Source: an uncultured Acidimicrobiaceae bacterium (GTDB lineage Bacteria; Actinomycetota; Acidimicrobiia; Acidimicrobiales; Bog-793). Taken from it: 64,000 nt of DNA. The stretch's first letter is position 1; every line of letters begins with the position of its first letter. Of the stretch, positions 8,021-16,632 are shown piece by piece. The notes under the pieces are model-generated. The model worked only from the letters and a program-made list of their open reading frames with translations. It was not told the DNA's origin and did not search any database. Position numbers and translations under genes: made by a program. The stretch spans positions 189,849-253,848 of the forward strand of contig CAVZYD010000004.1 of NCBI GenBank assembly GCA_963779425.1, given 5' to 3'.

Positions 8021-10540
8021 GTGATGTTGCGTCAGGTTCTGCGCGTCGTCTGGTACCGCTTGCGGGCCACCTTCGGAAGCCGGTGGGGCGGCTACCTGGC
8101 TGTCGTGCTGTTGGTAGGTCTGCTGGGCGGCCTAGCCATGGGTTCAGTAGCGGGGGCCCGGCGGACGGATTCCTCTTTCCCCATCTATCTGGCCAGCACC
8201 AACCCGTCCAGCATCATGGTCTTGTCCGGGTTTGATGATCCCGGCCTCGGCCAAAAGACCGGGTACAACCCGGGAATCATCGATGCGATCGCGCACCTTC
8301 GCTATGTCGAGCACTCTGCGACCGCTCTCGGTTTCGACGGCAACATTGACCTCAGTGCGGTAGGAGGCACGCACCCCGACATCGGTGCCGGCGAGACACC
8401 CCCGACGGTGATCGGCGGCGAGGAGTACCTCACCATGGACCGAATCACCCTCGTCGAAGGTCGCCTCGCCGATCCGCAGCGGAAAGATGAGGCGGTCATG
8501 AACGCACAGGCGGCCACGGAATGGGGTCTGCACGTGGGCTCGGTCATCGCCATCCCCTTCTACACCGACGCGGAGTCGACCTCCGCCTCCTACGACGGCC
8601 CGCCCCACCTGGTGGCCAAGGTCAAATTGGTTGGCGAGGTGGTGTTCAGCAGCTCGGTCGTCGAAGACGATATCGACAGGCTCGGATCGGCCGTGGTGCT
8701 GCTCTCGCCGGCCCTCACTGCCGAAGTCGCTCCCTGCTGCACCTACTTCTCCGGGAGCGCCTTGCAAGTTGCGGGAGGCGAGAGCATCCAAAGGCTGGTG
8801 CACGAGGAAGCCGAGCGAGTGACCCCGCTCGCGGGCGGCGAGGTCGGCGGTGGTGGCTCCACTGCCGCGACCGTGGTTACCAAGGCCCAACAGGCGATCA
8901 AGCCCGAAGCCGTCGCGCTTGGGGTTTTCGGCGGTATCGCCGGGCTCGCGGTCTTGTTGATCGTTGGTCTCATGATCGGTCGCATACTTCGCGCCGGAGC
9001 GGTGGAGACGTCCACGCTGCGCGCCCTTGGGGCCAATCAAGCGATGACGCTCAGCGACGGATTGCTCGGCCTGCTCGGCGCATTGGTCGGCGGTTCAGTG
9101 CTGGCCTTCGCAGTAGCAGTGGCTCTGTCGCCCCTGACGCCGCTCGGCCCGGTTCGTCCGGTGTACCCCTACAAAGGATTCGCCTTCGACTGGACCGTGC
9201 TCGGGTTCGGGCTCGTCGCCCTCGTCCTCGTCCTCGGCTCGCTCGCCGTGGTCATTGCCAGACGGGAGATGAGCCGCCTTACCTCCACGAGGTCCGGAGG
9301 AGCCGGGAAGCAAGAACCGGGCGTCGTACGTTCTGCGGCGGGCGCGGGATTGCCAATCGCGGTAGTGACCGGTCTCCGCTTCGCTCTCGAGTCGGGGAGG
9401 GGTCGAAACGCCGTCCCGGTCCGTTCGGCCATCGCCGGCACGGTGCTCGCCGTCGCCGTGCTCGTGACCACGGTCACCTTCGGGGCCAGTCTCAACAACC
9501 TCATCTCGCACCCCGCGCTCTACGGATGGAACTGGAACTACGCGTTGCTGTCGGGCTTTGCCGGTGAAGAAGACCTTCCTGCCCCTCAGACGGCAACGCT
9601 CCTCGACAACGATCCGGACGTCGCAACATGGTCAGGCTTCAACTTCGTCGGGGCGGAGCTCGATGGCCTGCCGGTGCTGATGATGGCGGAGCGACCGGGG
9701 GCTGCGGTGGAGCCGCCCTTGCTGTCCGGACACGGACTTGATGCGTCCGACCAGGTCGTTCTCGGTGCGACGACACTGTCGCAGCTCCACAGGAAACTCG
9801 GTGACACGGTCACATTCTCCGTCGGGAAGTCGAGACCACGGCGTCTCGTCATCGTCGGTACCGCGACCATCGCGTCGATCTCCAAGGGCCTGGAAATGGG
9901 TTCCGGAGCGTTGGTCGCGACGAGCCTGTTTCCTGCCTCGCTCCTCAACGCGCAAGAGAGCCCGATCCCGGGCCCGAACGCCGTCGTCATTCGCATCCGC
10001 GCCGGGGTTGACCCCACGGCGGCCTACCGCTCCCTCGAGGAGATCACCACCAAGATCAATGCGATACCCGGAGACCCTGGCGCAGCGGGAGGCGTGGTCC
10101 CAGTCCTCCGCCCGGCCGAGATTGTCAACTACCGCTCGATGGGGACGACTCCTGCGATCCTCAGTATCGGACTGGCACTCGGCGCCGTCGTCGCGTTGGC
10201 CCTCACGCTCATCGCCTCGGTCCGCCGCCGCCGCCGTGACCTCGCTTTGTTGAAAACGCTCGGCTTCACCCAACGCCAGGCGGCCGCCGCCGTCGCCTGG
10301 CAATCAAGTGTCGCCGTCGCCGTCGGCATGGTCATCGGCGTGCCGGCTGGCATCATCATCGGCCGGTCGCTGTGGGTCCTCTTCGCCCACGAGATCAACG
10401 CCGTTCCCGCACCGGCCGTCCCGGGTACCTTGATCGCCGTCATGGTCGTCGGGGCGCTCGCTCTCGCAAACATCGTTGCGGCTGTGCCCGGCCGCATCGC
10501 CGCCCGCACGCCTACCTCGCTCCTGCTGAGAGCTGAATGA
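8021..10540 (+). CDS. ABC transporter permease with duplicated FtsX domains (MacB-like), no adjacent ATPase
   Basis: 839 aa. An N-terminal TM helix, a large extracytoplasmic domain and a 3-TM FtsX block appear twice. The C-terminal part reads LKTLGFTQRQAAAAVAWQS. Confidence 0.8.
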   Translation: MMLRQVLRVVWYRLRATFGSRWGGYLAVVLLVGLLGGLAMGSVAGARRTDSSFPIYLASTNPSSIMVLSGFDDPGLGQKTGYNPGIIDAIAHLRYVEHSATALGFDGNIDLSAVGGTHPDIGAGETPPTVIGGEEYLTMDRITLVEGRLADPQRKDEAVMNAQAATEWGLHVGSVIAIPFYTDAESTSASYDGPPHLVAKVKLVGEVVFSSSVVEDDIDRLGSAVVLLSPALTAEVAPCCTYFSGSALQVAGGESIQRLVHEEAERVTPLAGGEVGGGGSTAATVVTKAQQAIKPEAVALGVFGGIAGLAVLLIVGLMIGRILRAGAVETSTLRALGANQAMTLSDGLLGLLGALVGGSVLAFAVAVALSPLTPLGPVRPVYPYKGFAFDWTVLGFGLVALVLVLGSLAVVIARREMSRLTSTRSGGAGKQEPGVVRSAAGAGLPIAVVTGLRFALESGRGRNAVPVRSAIAGTVLAVAVLVTTVTFGASLNNLISHPALYGWNWNYALLSGFAGEEDLPAPQTATLLDNDPDVATWSGFNFVGAELDGLPVLMMAERPGAAVEPPLLSGHGLDASDQVVLGATTLSQLHRKLGDTVTFSVGKSRPRRLVIVGTATIASISKGLEMGSGALVATSLFPASLLNAQESPIPGPNAVVIRIRAGVDPTAAYRSLEEITTKINAIPGDPGAAGGVVPVLRPAEIVNYRSMGTTPAILSIGLALGAVVALALTLIASVRRRRRDLALLKTLGFTQRQAAAAVAWQSSVAVAVGMVIGVPAGIIIGRSLWVLFAHEINAVPAPAVPGTLIAVMVVGALALANIVAAVPGRIAARTPTSLLLRAE

Positions 10541-10867
10541 CCCGGCGACGTTCTCCTTACTAGTTCACATGGCCAGGCGAACGATAGACGCAAAGGTCAA
10601 AGTCTGGGCAAGCAAACTCGCGCCGCGAGCGAGGTGTGACTCCGGTCGCCTCCGAAGCGTCTGCCGGCCTCGAGCTGGCTGCAGGCGCGATTCGGTGGCG
10701 GGAGCTGCGAAGGCTCCTCCCCCTCCGACGCGGTCCACGTGCCCGATACTTCTAGCTCGAGTGCGGAGCCGTGTTTGGCCATGGGACCTGAATGGAGTGC
10801 TCGTTTCGGCGCAGGCGCAACCGCGATCGAGGAGTGGACCACGGATCAGCCGGCAGTGATGTGGGGC

Positions 10868-13281
10868 TCAGCGAGACAGTCCCGGCGGATGCATTCCGTG
10901 CCGTCGTCGCGCGGGTCCCGCCCGCTCGATCGACCGCAGTGCCCGGCCGAGCTCGAGCCTGGCCTCAGCCAGATCACCGACAGCCTCGCGGGATCGCAAC
11001 GTTCTGCGGTCGCCCAAGGCACGATCGGGATCGCCGATTGACAAGCGCCGCCGCAAATTCTCGATCACAACCGCACCCTTGCGCCATGTCGCCCGGCCCG
11101 AGGGATCCCTAAGGACTGGCCCAAGCTCGCTGAGGAGATATCTCGGCCGCGCCACCTCTGCCGCCCGCCCCAGGCGATAGACCTCGGGCTGGTGCGCCGG
11201 GACGACGGTGACATGGACACAGTCGGACACGCGGGCGTCTTTGACTCCGCTCGGCAAGCCGCCGAGTACGACGATCCGGCTCTCGACGCCCGAATCCGAT
11301 CGCTGCCCGGAAAGAACCGCTGCCAGACGCCGCGACTCGACCACATCGTCGCGCGAGCCGCCAAGACTTTGTACAGAGTCGCGCAACGAGTGCACAACGG
11401 CGTCGTCGCTCGCCACCAAGAGCGTGCGCCGGCCGGACGACGCCGCCGTACTCCATGCCACGACCATGGCCTCGCGAGCCACGAGCCCGTTTGACACCAC
11501 AAGGACGTCGCGACCTGCAAAACGGTGCATCTCCCCGCCCGTCGGACCGGAGCCGTCGAGCGTTGCCGCCTTGGACCCGACCGCGCCATCAAAGGCGCCG
11601 AGGCGGTCCCAAAGCGGGCTTCGAGTGAAGCCTCGCTGGCGAACACGACGACACGGCCGCCTTCACGCACGGAGGACTCGACGAGAGAAGATAGCTCCCA
11701 CGGCCCGAGGCGTTGCGCCTCGGCCAGGACGACTACGCCCTTTTGCCCGTGCTCGGCAATCGCCCCGCGAGCAAGGTCCGCCATGGACACCGTCTCGATA
11801 CCCGTCACGGCCTCGAAGGACGCCCCCGCTGCGTAACCGGGTGCAACCGCCCTTACCTGTGTGGCGGGATCGGACAGGAGTCCAGCGAGACTGTCGAGCG
11901 CCTCCAGTCGTCGACCGGAGCGGTAAGAGAGCAGCTGCACCGTCCCGGGATGCGAGCTCACGAGGTGCTGCAGCCGTTCGTGCATCTCCAGGATCTGAGG
12001 CGTGGTGTAAAGCGGCTCGGCGATACCGCCTGGAATGGACCGCCCGGAGGCCGCTTTGAGGAGGCGGCTTGAGGGGCGCCCCGGCTCGGGGACCGGGACA
12101 AGGCGGCCTTGTGCCAAGAGCGCTTCGACATCTCCTTCAATCTCGGCAACTGGCGAGCCGAGGCCCAAAGATGCGCACCGCGAGCGGACGAGCTCGCCGC
12201 GCCGACAAGTACCGTCGCGGGCTACCACACCGTGCTCACCGAGGGCCTGCTCGGCCCACCGCTCGGCGGCGATCCCTTCGCTTGCCAAGAGCGCGCGCGT
12301 TTCGGACGACGCCCCGTCTTGCAAACCCGTCGAGCCAGCTGCGCTCGTCGCGCGAGACGTTACGCCCTGTGACCTCCCTGCCACCGAGGCGAGTCTGGCT
12401 TCAGAGACCCCGAGGTGGTATGAGCGCTCCCGCCAGCGCGACACAAGCTCTTCGTAAGGCGTAGAGAGATCCTTTGCCGGTCTTGTGCTCATAGACGCGA
12501 TCCGCCGCGCCTTGGGACCCGAGCGCCCCGACTGCTCGAGAGCCGCTTCGATGTCACCCGAGCGCCGTGAGAACGCTCGGGTGACATTCGGGTCGATTCC
12601 GGCGAGTTCGGCCCAAGAACCCTGCAGCTGGCGCCACGACACGCCGAGACGGGCCGTGAGCTCCGCGCGAAGTTGCGTTTCATAGAGATCGCGGGCGGTA
12701 CCCAGCTCCAGGTATAGCCCACGACCATCGAGGGCGGACCAGCGACTGTCCGGTCCCGGTGCAAGGTTGGCGACGAGCACGTGGCTGTGAAGGTGCGGGT
12801 CGGGCGCCCGGCTCGTCCGATGGAGGAACGCCGCCGCCACAAAGCCTCCGGCCGGGACCGACAACGCCTGCTCGCCAGGTCCCGAACGGCGCCGCACGCG
12901 GGCCGCGCAGTGCTCGAGGTAACCGAGGGCTGCCGCGGCCGCCTCCTCGTGACCGGCGCGCACGTGCTCGCGGACCTCTTGTGGACCGAGGGCGTGCAGA
13001 ACGCTGACCGATTTCGGCGTCGAGTACGTGCAGTCGTAGGCCACGACACGAACCCGGTCGTGGTGCGCGGAGAGCACCTCACCCGAAACCGGGTCGACAC
13101 CGGCGAGCAGGGCGCGGAAGGCGGGGCCGTCGACGCTCCCGGACAGACCGAGCATCTCGGCAGCTCGCCCGAGCCAGCGTCCGTCGGGCTCGATGAGCCC
13201 GACTGCGTCCTCTCGCCCAAGGGCGAGAGTCGCCAAGTAGTACTCCTCCCTGCCCCGGGCCAGCTTGGCGACGCTCAGCAC
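10868..13281 (-). pseudogene. MobF/TrwC-family relaxase, apparent frameshift near 11590-11640
   Basis: GTG start at 13281 (VLSVAKLARGREEYYLA). His-triad motif is FLHRTSRAPDPHLHSHVLVAN. The frame of ORF 11065..13461 turns into W/R/C-rich junk after ...FASEASLEA. A plausible sequence continues in the frame of ORF 10868..11530 (...AFDGAVGSKAATLDGSGPTGGEMHRFAGRDVLVV). Confidence 0.7.
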
Positions 13282-13555
13282 CTGCTCTGGATATCTGGCA
13301 GGGTGACCACGGGACCTACCGGAACCGGTCACGGCCGGGCGGTAGGGAGACCAGCTCGAACTTGAGGCGGCGGTATCACCGCCTGATCGACGAAGACGGC
13401 GGCTTCGACAAAAGACCCTTGGCAAAAGGGCGTTCTGCGCTGTCTTAGACGCCGCGGCCACGAGGTTCGCGCAGCACTAGCGCTCAGGAGGCGTGCTCTG
13501 TAATAATCCGCCCAGGGCTCGTTCATGCGTTCCGCTGAAGCCCGAGGAGGTCGTG

Positions 13556-15040
13556 ATGACTTCTACCGCCGCTGAGGACCCGGCCCTCGCGAAGAACGCG
13601 ATCGGGCTCCGCGAGGTTCTCTTCCAGTCGGTCACCCACATGGCGCCGGCGGCGGCCGTCGCCTTCTCCATACCAGCTGGAGCAGCTTATGCAGCGCGCG
13701 CGCTGCCGCTCGCGGTGGTGCTGGCGCTGGTCGCGTGCCTGTTCGTGGCGGTGTCGATCGGCGAACTGGCCAAGCACCTACCTTCGGCGGGCGGCTTTTA
13801 CACCTATACCTCCAAGGCCCTCCATCCCTGGGTCGGCTTCTTGGTGGCGTGGGCCTATGCCGGCGCCGAGGCCCTCATCGCCTCTTTTTTGTTCCTCAAC
13901 TTCTCCTTCGTTCTCGCCGACGCTTTGAACTCGGAGTTCGGCTGGACGAAGGACACCTGGTGGATCTGGGTTCTCGCCACATCGTTGATCGTCCTGGCCC
14001 TTGGTTACTTCGGGGTCCGCGTCTCGACCAAGGCCGGCACCATCATGGGGGCTTTCGAGATCGTCGTTTTCGGCCTGATCGCCCTCTGGCTCATCGTGAA
14101 GGCCGGCAACGCCAACACTTTCTCGGTCTTCACCACCCAACACGCCAATGTCAAGAACTACGCCGGGATGTCGGGGGTAATCGCCGCGTGCGTCTATTCG
14201 GTGCTGGCGTTCACGGGCTTCGAGTCGGCCGCGCCGCTCGCTGAGGAGGCCCGCGACCCCAAGCGCACGATCCGCAAGGCAGTCATCTTCTCGTGCCTAT
14301 TCATCGGTATCTTCTACGTCTTTACGACCTACGCCGCCAGTGTCTCGCCCTTCTCCGGCGTCATGTCGAATTTCTCCTCTCTCGGCAACGGCGACCCGTG
14401 GACCTACCTCGCCAAGGCGGTTTGGGGCGTGGGATGGGTGGTCGCCCTCGTCGCCATTTGCAACTCGTGTCTGGCCAACGCCAACGCCGGGAGCAACGCC
14501 ACGACTCGCACCTGGTTCGCCATGGGCCGCATCCGCTTGCTGCCCGAGATCCTGGCCTCGGTCCATCCGCGCTGGAAGTCGCCCCACTTTGCCGTCATGG
14601 CACAGTTCGTCGTGGCAGTTGGCCTTGCCCTGTGGCTCGGTTTTCAGTACGGGGCGTACACCGCGTGGCTGTTCATGGCCACCTTGTTCACCCTCATCCT
14701 GATTGTCATCTACATCCTTATCCTGCTCAGCTGCATCACCTACTACTGGCGGTTCCAGCGCCAAGACGCCAACATATTCCTGCATGGGATCATCCCCGTG
14801 CTCGGCATCGCGGCCTTCGTGCCGGCCTTCCTCGCTGCGGGTGGTCTACGCGTATTCAGCTTCATCTCAAAGCTCACCTACCCGTCTTCCATGGCCGGGC
14901 TGGTGGACGGCATCTGGGTACTGATCGGCGTCGCTTATCTCGTCTACCTGCAGTTGAAGCATCCTGACCGCCTGGCTCAAACGGGGCGGATATTCGTCGA
15001 CGAGGTCCCGTCAGAGCCGGACAGCCAGATCTCGGCCTAG
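13556..15040 (+). CDS. APC superfamily amino acid permease
   Basis: About 12 TM segments. GAGGAGG lies 5 nt upstream of the ATG at 13556. The family-typical N-terminus reads GLREVLFQSVTHMAPAAA. Confidence 0.85.
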   Translation: MTSTAAEDPALAKNAIGLREVLFQSVTHMAPAAAVAFSIPAGAAYAARALPLAVVLALVACLFVAVSIGELAKHLPSAGGFYTYTSKALHPWVGFLVAWAYAGAEALIASFLFLNFSFVLADALNSEFGWTKDTWWIWVLATSLIVLALGYFGVRVSTKAGTIMGAFEIVVFGLIALWLIVKAGNANTFSVFTTQHANVKNYAGMSGVIAACVYSVLAFTGFESAAPLAEEARDPKRTIRKAVIFSCLFIGIFYVFTTYAASVSPFSGVMSNFSSLGNGDPWTYLAKAVWGVGWVVALVAICNSCLANANAGSNATTRTWFAMGRIRLLPEILASVHPRWKSPHFAVMAQFVVAVGLALWLGFQYGAYTAWLFMATLFTLILIVIYILILLSCITYYWRFQRQDANIFLHGIIPVLGIAAFVPAFLAAGGLRVFSFISKLTYPSSMAGLVDGIWVLIGVAYLVYLQLKHPDRLAQTGRIFVDEVPSEPDSQISA

Positions 15041-15084
15041 CAGAGGGCCGAAGCTGGTTCGGCCCGAGTTAGAGAGGTGAAGCC

Positions 15085-15963
15085 ATGAAAATCCGCGAGG
15101 GAATGATCGACGTCCCAGGTGGCCGGGTCTGGTATCGCAGCGTGGGCGAGGGAGGCATCCCGTTGGTATGCCTGCACGGCGGGCCGGGCATGACGCATAA
15201 CTACATCGAGCCCTTGGAGGACCTCGGAGACCGCCGTCGGGTGATCTTCTACGACCAGCTCGGCTGCGGACGGTCCGATAAGCCGGATGACACGTCTTTG
15301 TGGACGGTCCCGCATTTCGTGCGCGAGGTCGAGGCGGTGCGCAGCGCCCTAGAGCTCGATCGGTTCCATCTCTTCGGCAGTTCCTGGGGCGGGCAGTTGT
15401 CCATGCAGTACGTCCTCGACTACCAACCGGCCTCGCTCGTCTCGTTGTTAATGTCCGGGAGCCCTGCGAGCATGCCGCGCTGGGTGCAAGGATGCGCAGA
15501 GCTGTTCGCCGAGCTGCCCGCCGATGTCCAAGACGTGATCACCGGGCACGAGCAGGCCGGCTTCACGTCCTGTCCCGAGTACACGGGCGCGGTCAGCGTG
15601 TTCTACAAGCGGCACCTGTGCCGCCTCGAGCCTTGGCCAGCCGGACTCGAGCGCACCTTCGCGGAAATGAGCCCCGTCGTCTACGAGACGATGAACGGGC
15701 CGAGCGAGTTCACCGTCACGGGAAGGTTCCGAGACTGGGACATCTTCGACCGCCTGGGCGAGATCACCGTTCCCACCCTCGTGATGAGCGGCCGCTACGA
15801 CGAGCTGCGCCCGGACCAGGCCGAAGACATACACAAGGGCATCGTCGGCTCAGAGCTGGTGATATTCGAGAACAGCTCCCACACACCGTTCCACGAGGAG
15901 CGCGGGCTGTTCATGGCCACGGTGAACGAGTTTTTGGACCGGGTGGAGGCAGTGAACTCTTAG
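15085..15963 (+). CDS. Proline iminopeptidase-family alpha/beta hydrolase
   Basis: Contains LHGGPGMTHNY, YDQLGCGRS and the nucleophile elbow GSSWGG. Confidence 0.8.
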   Translation: MKIREGMIDVPGGRVWYRSVGEGGIPLVCLHGGPGMTHNYIEPLEDLGDRRRVIFYDQLGCGRSDKPDDTSLWTVPHFVREVEAVRSALELDRFHLFGSSWGGQLSMQYVLDYQPASLVSLLMSGSPASMPRWVQGCAELFAELPADVQDVITGHEQAGFTSCPEYTGAVSVFYKRHLCRLEPWPAGLERTFAEMSPVVYETMNGPSEFTVTGRFRDWDIFDRLGEITVPTLVMSGRYDELRPDQAEDIHKGIVGSELVIFENSSHTPFHEERGLFMATVNEFLDRVEAVNS

Positions 15964-16587
15964 AGTCGAGCCTCGTCGGTAACAGCCGGCTCGTTTCGTT
16001 CGACGGTCGCCGTCGTTCCGCCGTCTCCGGCTGAGGCCTGTTCGTCTCGGCTCCGCGCTCGGTGTGCTCGAGGCTGTCCTGATCGCCTTTACGCACTTTT
16101 TCACGCTGCTGATCAACGAGCACAGCTGCACCGGATCTGGGAAGAGGGCGCCCTGTGTGTACAGCTGTTGATCATCAGGAGTCGGTCCCCCGAGCCAAAT
16201 GCCGGTGAAATCCATCCGAACGAGTCGTATGGTCTCGCCCCCGGTAATGCGCGCTCCGAGGCCGGCAACGAGCATGTCTCCCTCCGACAGGGCGGATGTC
16301 TCCCTCCAGATGGCGCGGGCGGGGTTTGCCAGCGCCGCCACTCCCCATGGCTCGTGAGCCATAACCGATCGCAGTCCCGAGGCGAGCTCATCGGCCTGGT
16401 CGAGGTTCAGCACGGCGCCGACGACACGTTCTACGGGCCGGGAGCCCTGTCCCAGTTCGTCGACGGGGATCCCGGCCATGCCGATGCGCACGAACGGCAT
16501 CGCCGTGTCTCCCACGGTGACAGAACCACCCTGCACCATCACCGTGTGGATGAGAAGGTCTTCTTCGAGGGTTGGGGTCACTGGCAT
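15850..16587 (-). CDS. Hypothetical protein; 3' end uncertain
   Basis: The first ~175 aa have coding-like composition. The last ~70 aa are Arg-rich and overlap the convergent pip gene by 114 nt. Confidence 0.4.
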   Translation of the reverse strand: MPVTPTLEEDLLIHTVMVQGGSVTVGDTAMPFVRIGMAGIPVDELGQGSRPVERVVGAVLNLDQADELASGLRSVMAHEPWGVAALANPARAIWRETSALSEGDMLVAGLGARITGGETIRLVRMDFTGIWLGGPTPDDQQLYTQGALFPDPVQLCSLISSVKKCVKAIRTASSTPSAEPRRTGLSRRRRNDGDRRTKRAGCYRRGSTLRVHCLHPVQKLVHRGHEQPALLVERCVGAVLEYHQL

Positions 16588-16632
16588 ACCCTAGCTATGA
16601 CAAGGCCGGCGAAAGCCCAAGAGCGAACCGCG

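Larger units (their letters stand above)
6171..13281. mobile_element. Putative decayed conjugative/mobilisable element remnant (T4CP ... relaxase); boundaries unknown
   Basis: A T4CP and a MobF relaxase lie 3.2 kb apart. No integrase, T4SS genes or attachment repeats were recognised. Confidence 0.35.

Noticed and set aside
10597-10842. An 81-aa minus-strand ORF in the gap between the FtsX permease and the relaxase end, considered as a small cargo gene or relaxase tail.
   Set aside because: It has no motif and no convincing start or RBS, and its composition is ambiguous. It cannot be supported from sequence alone.
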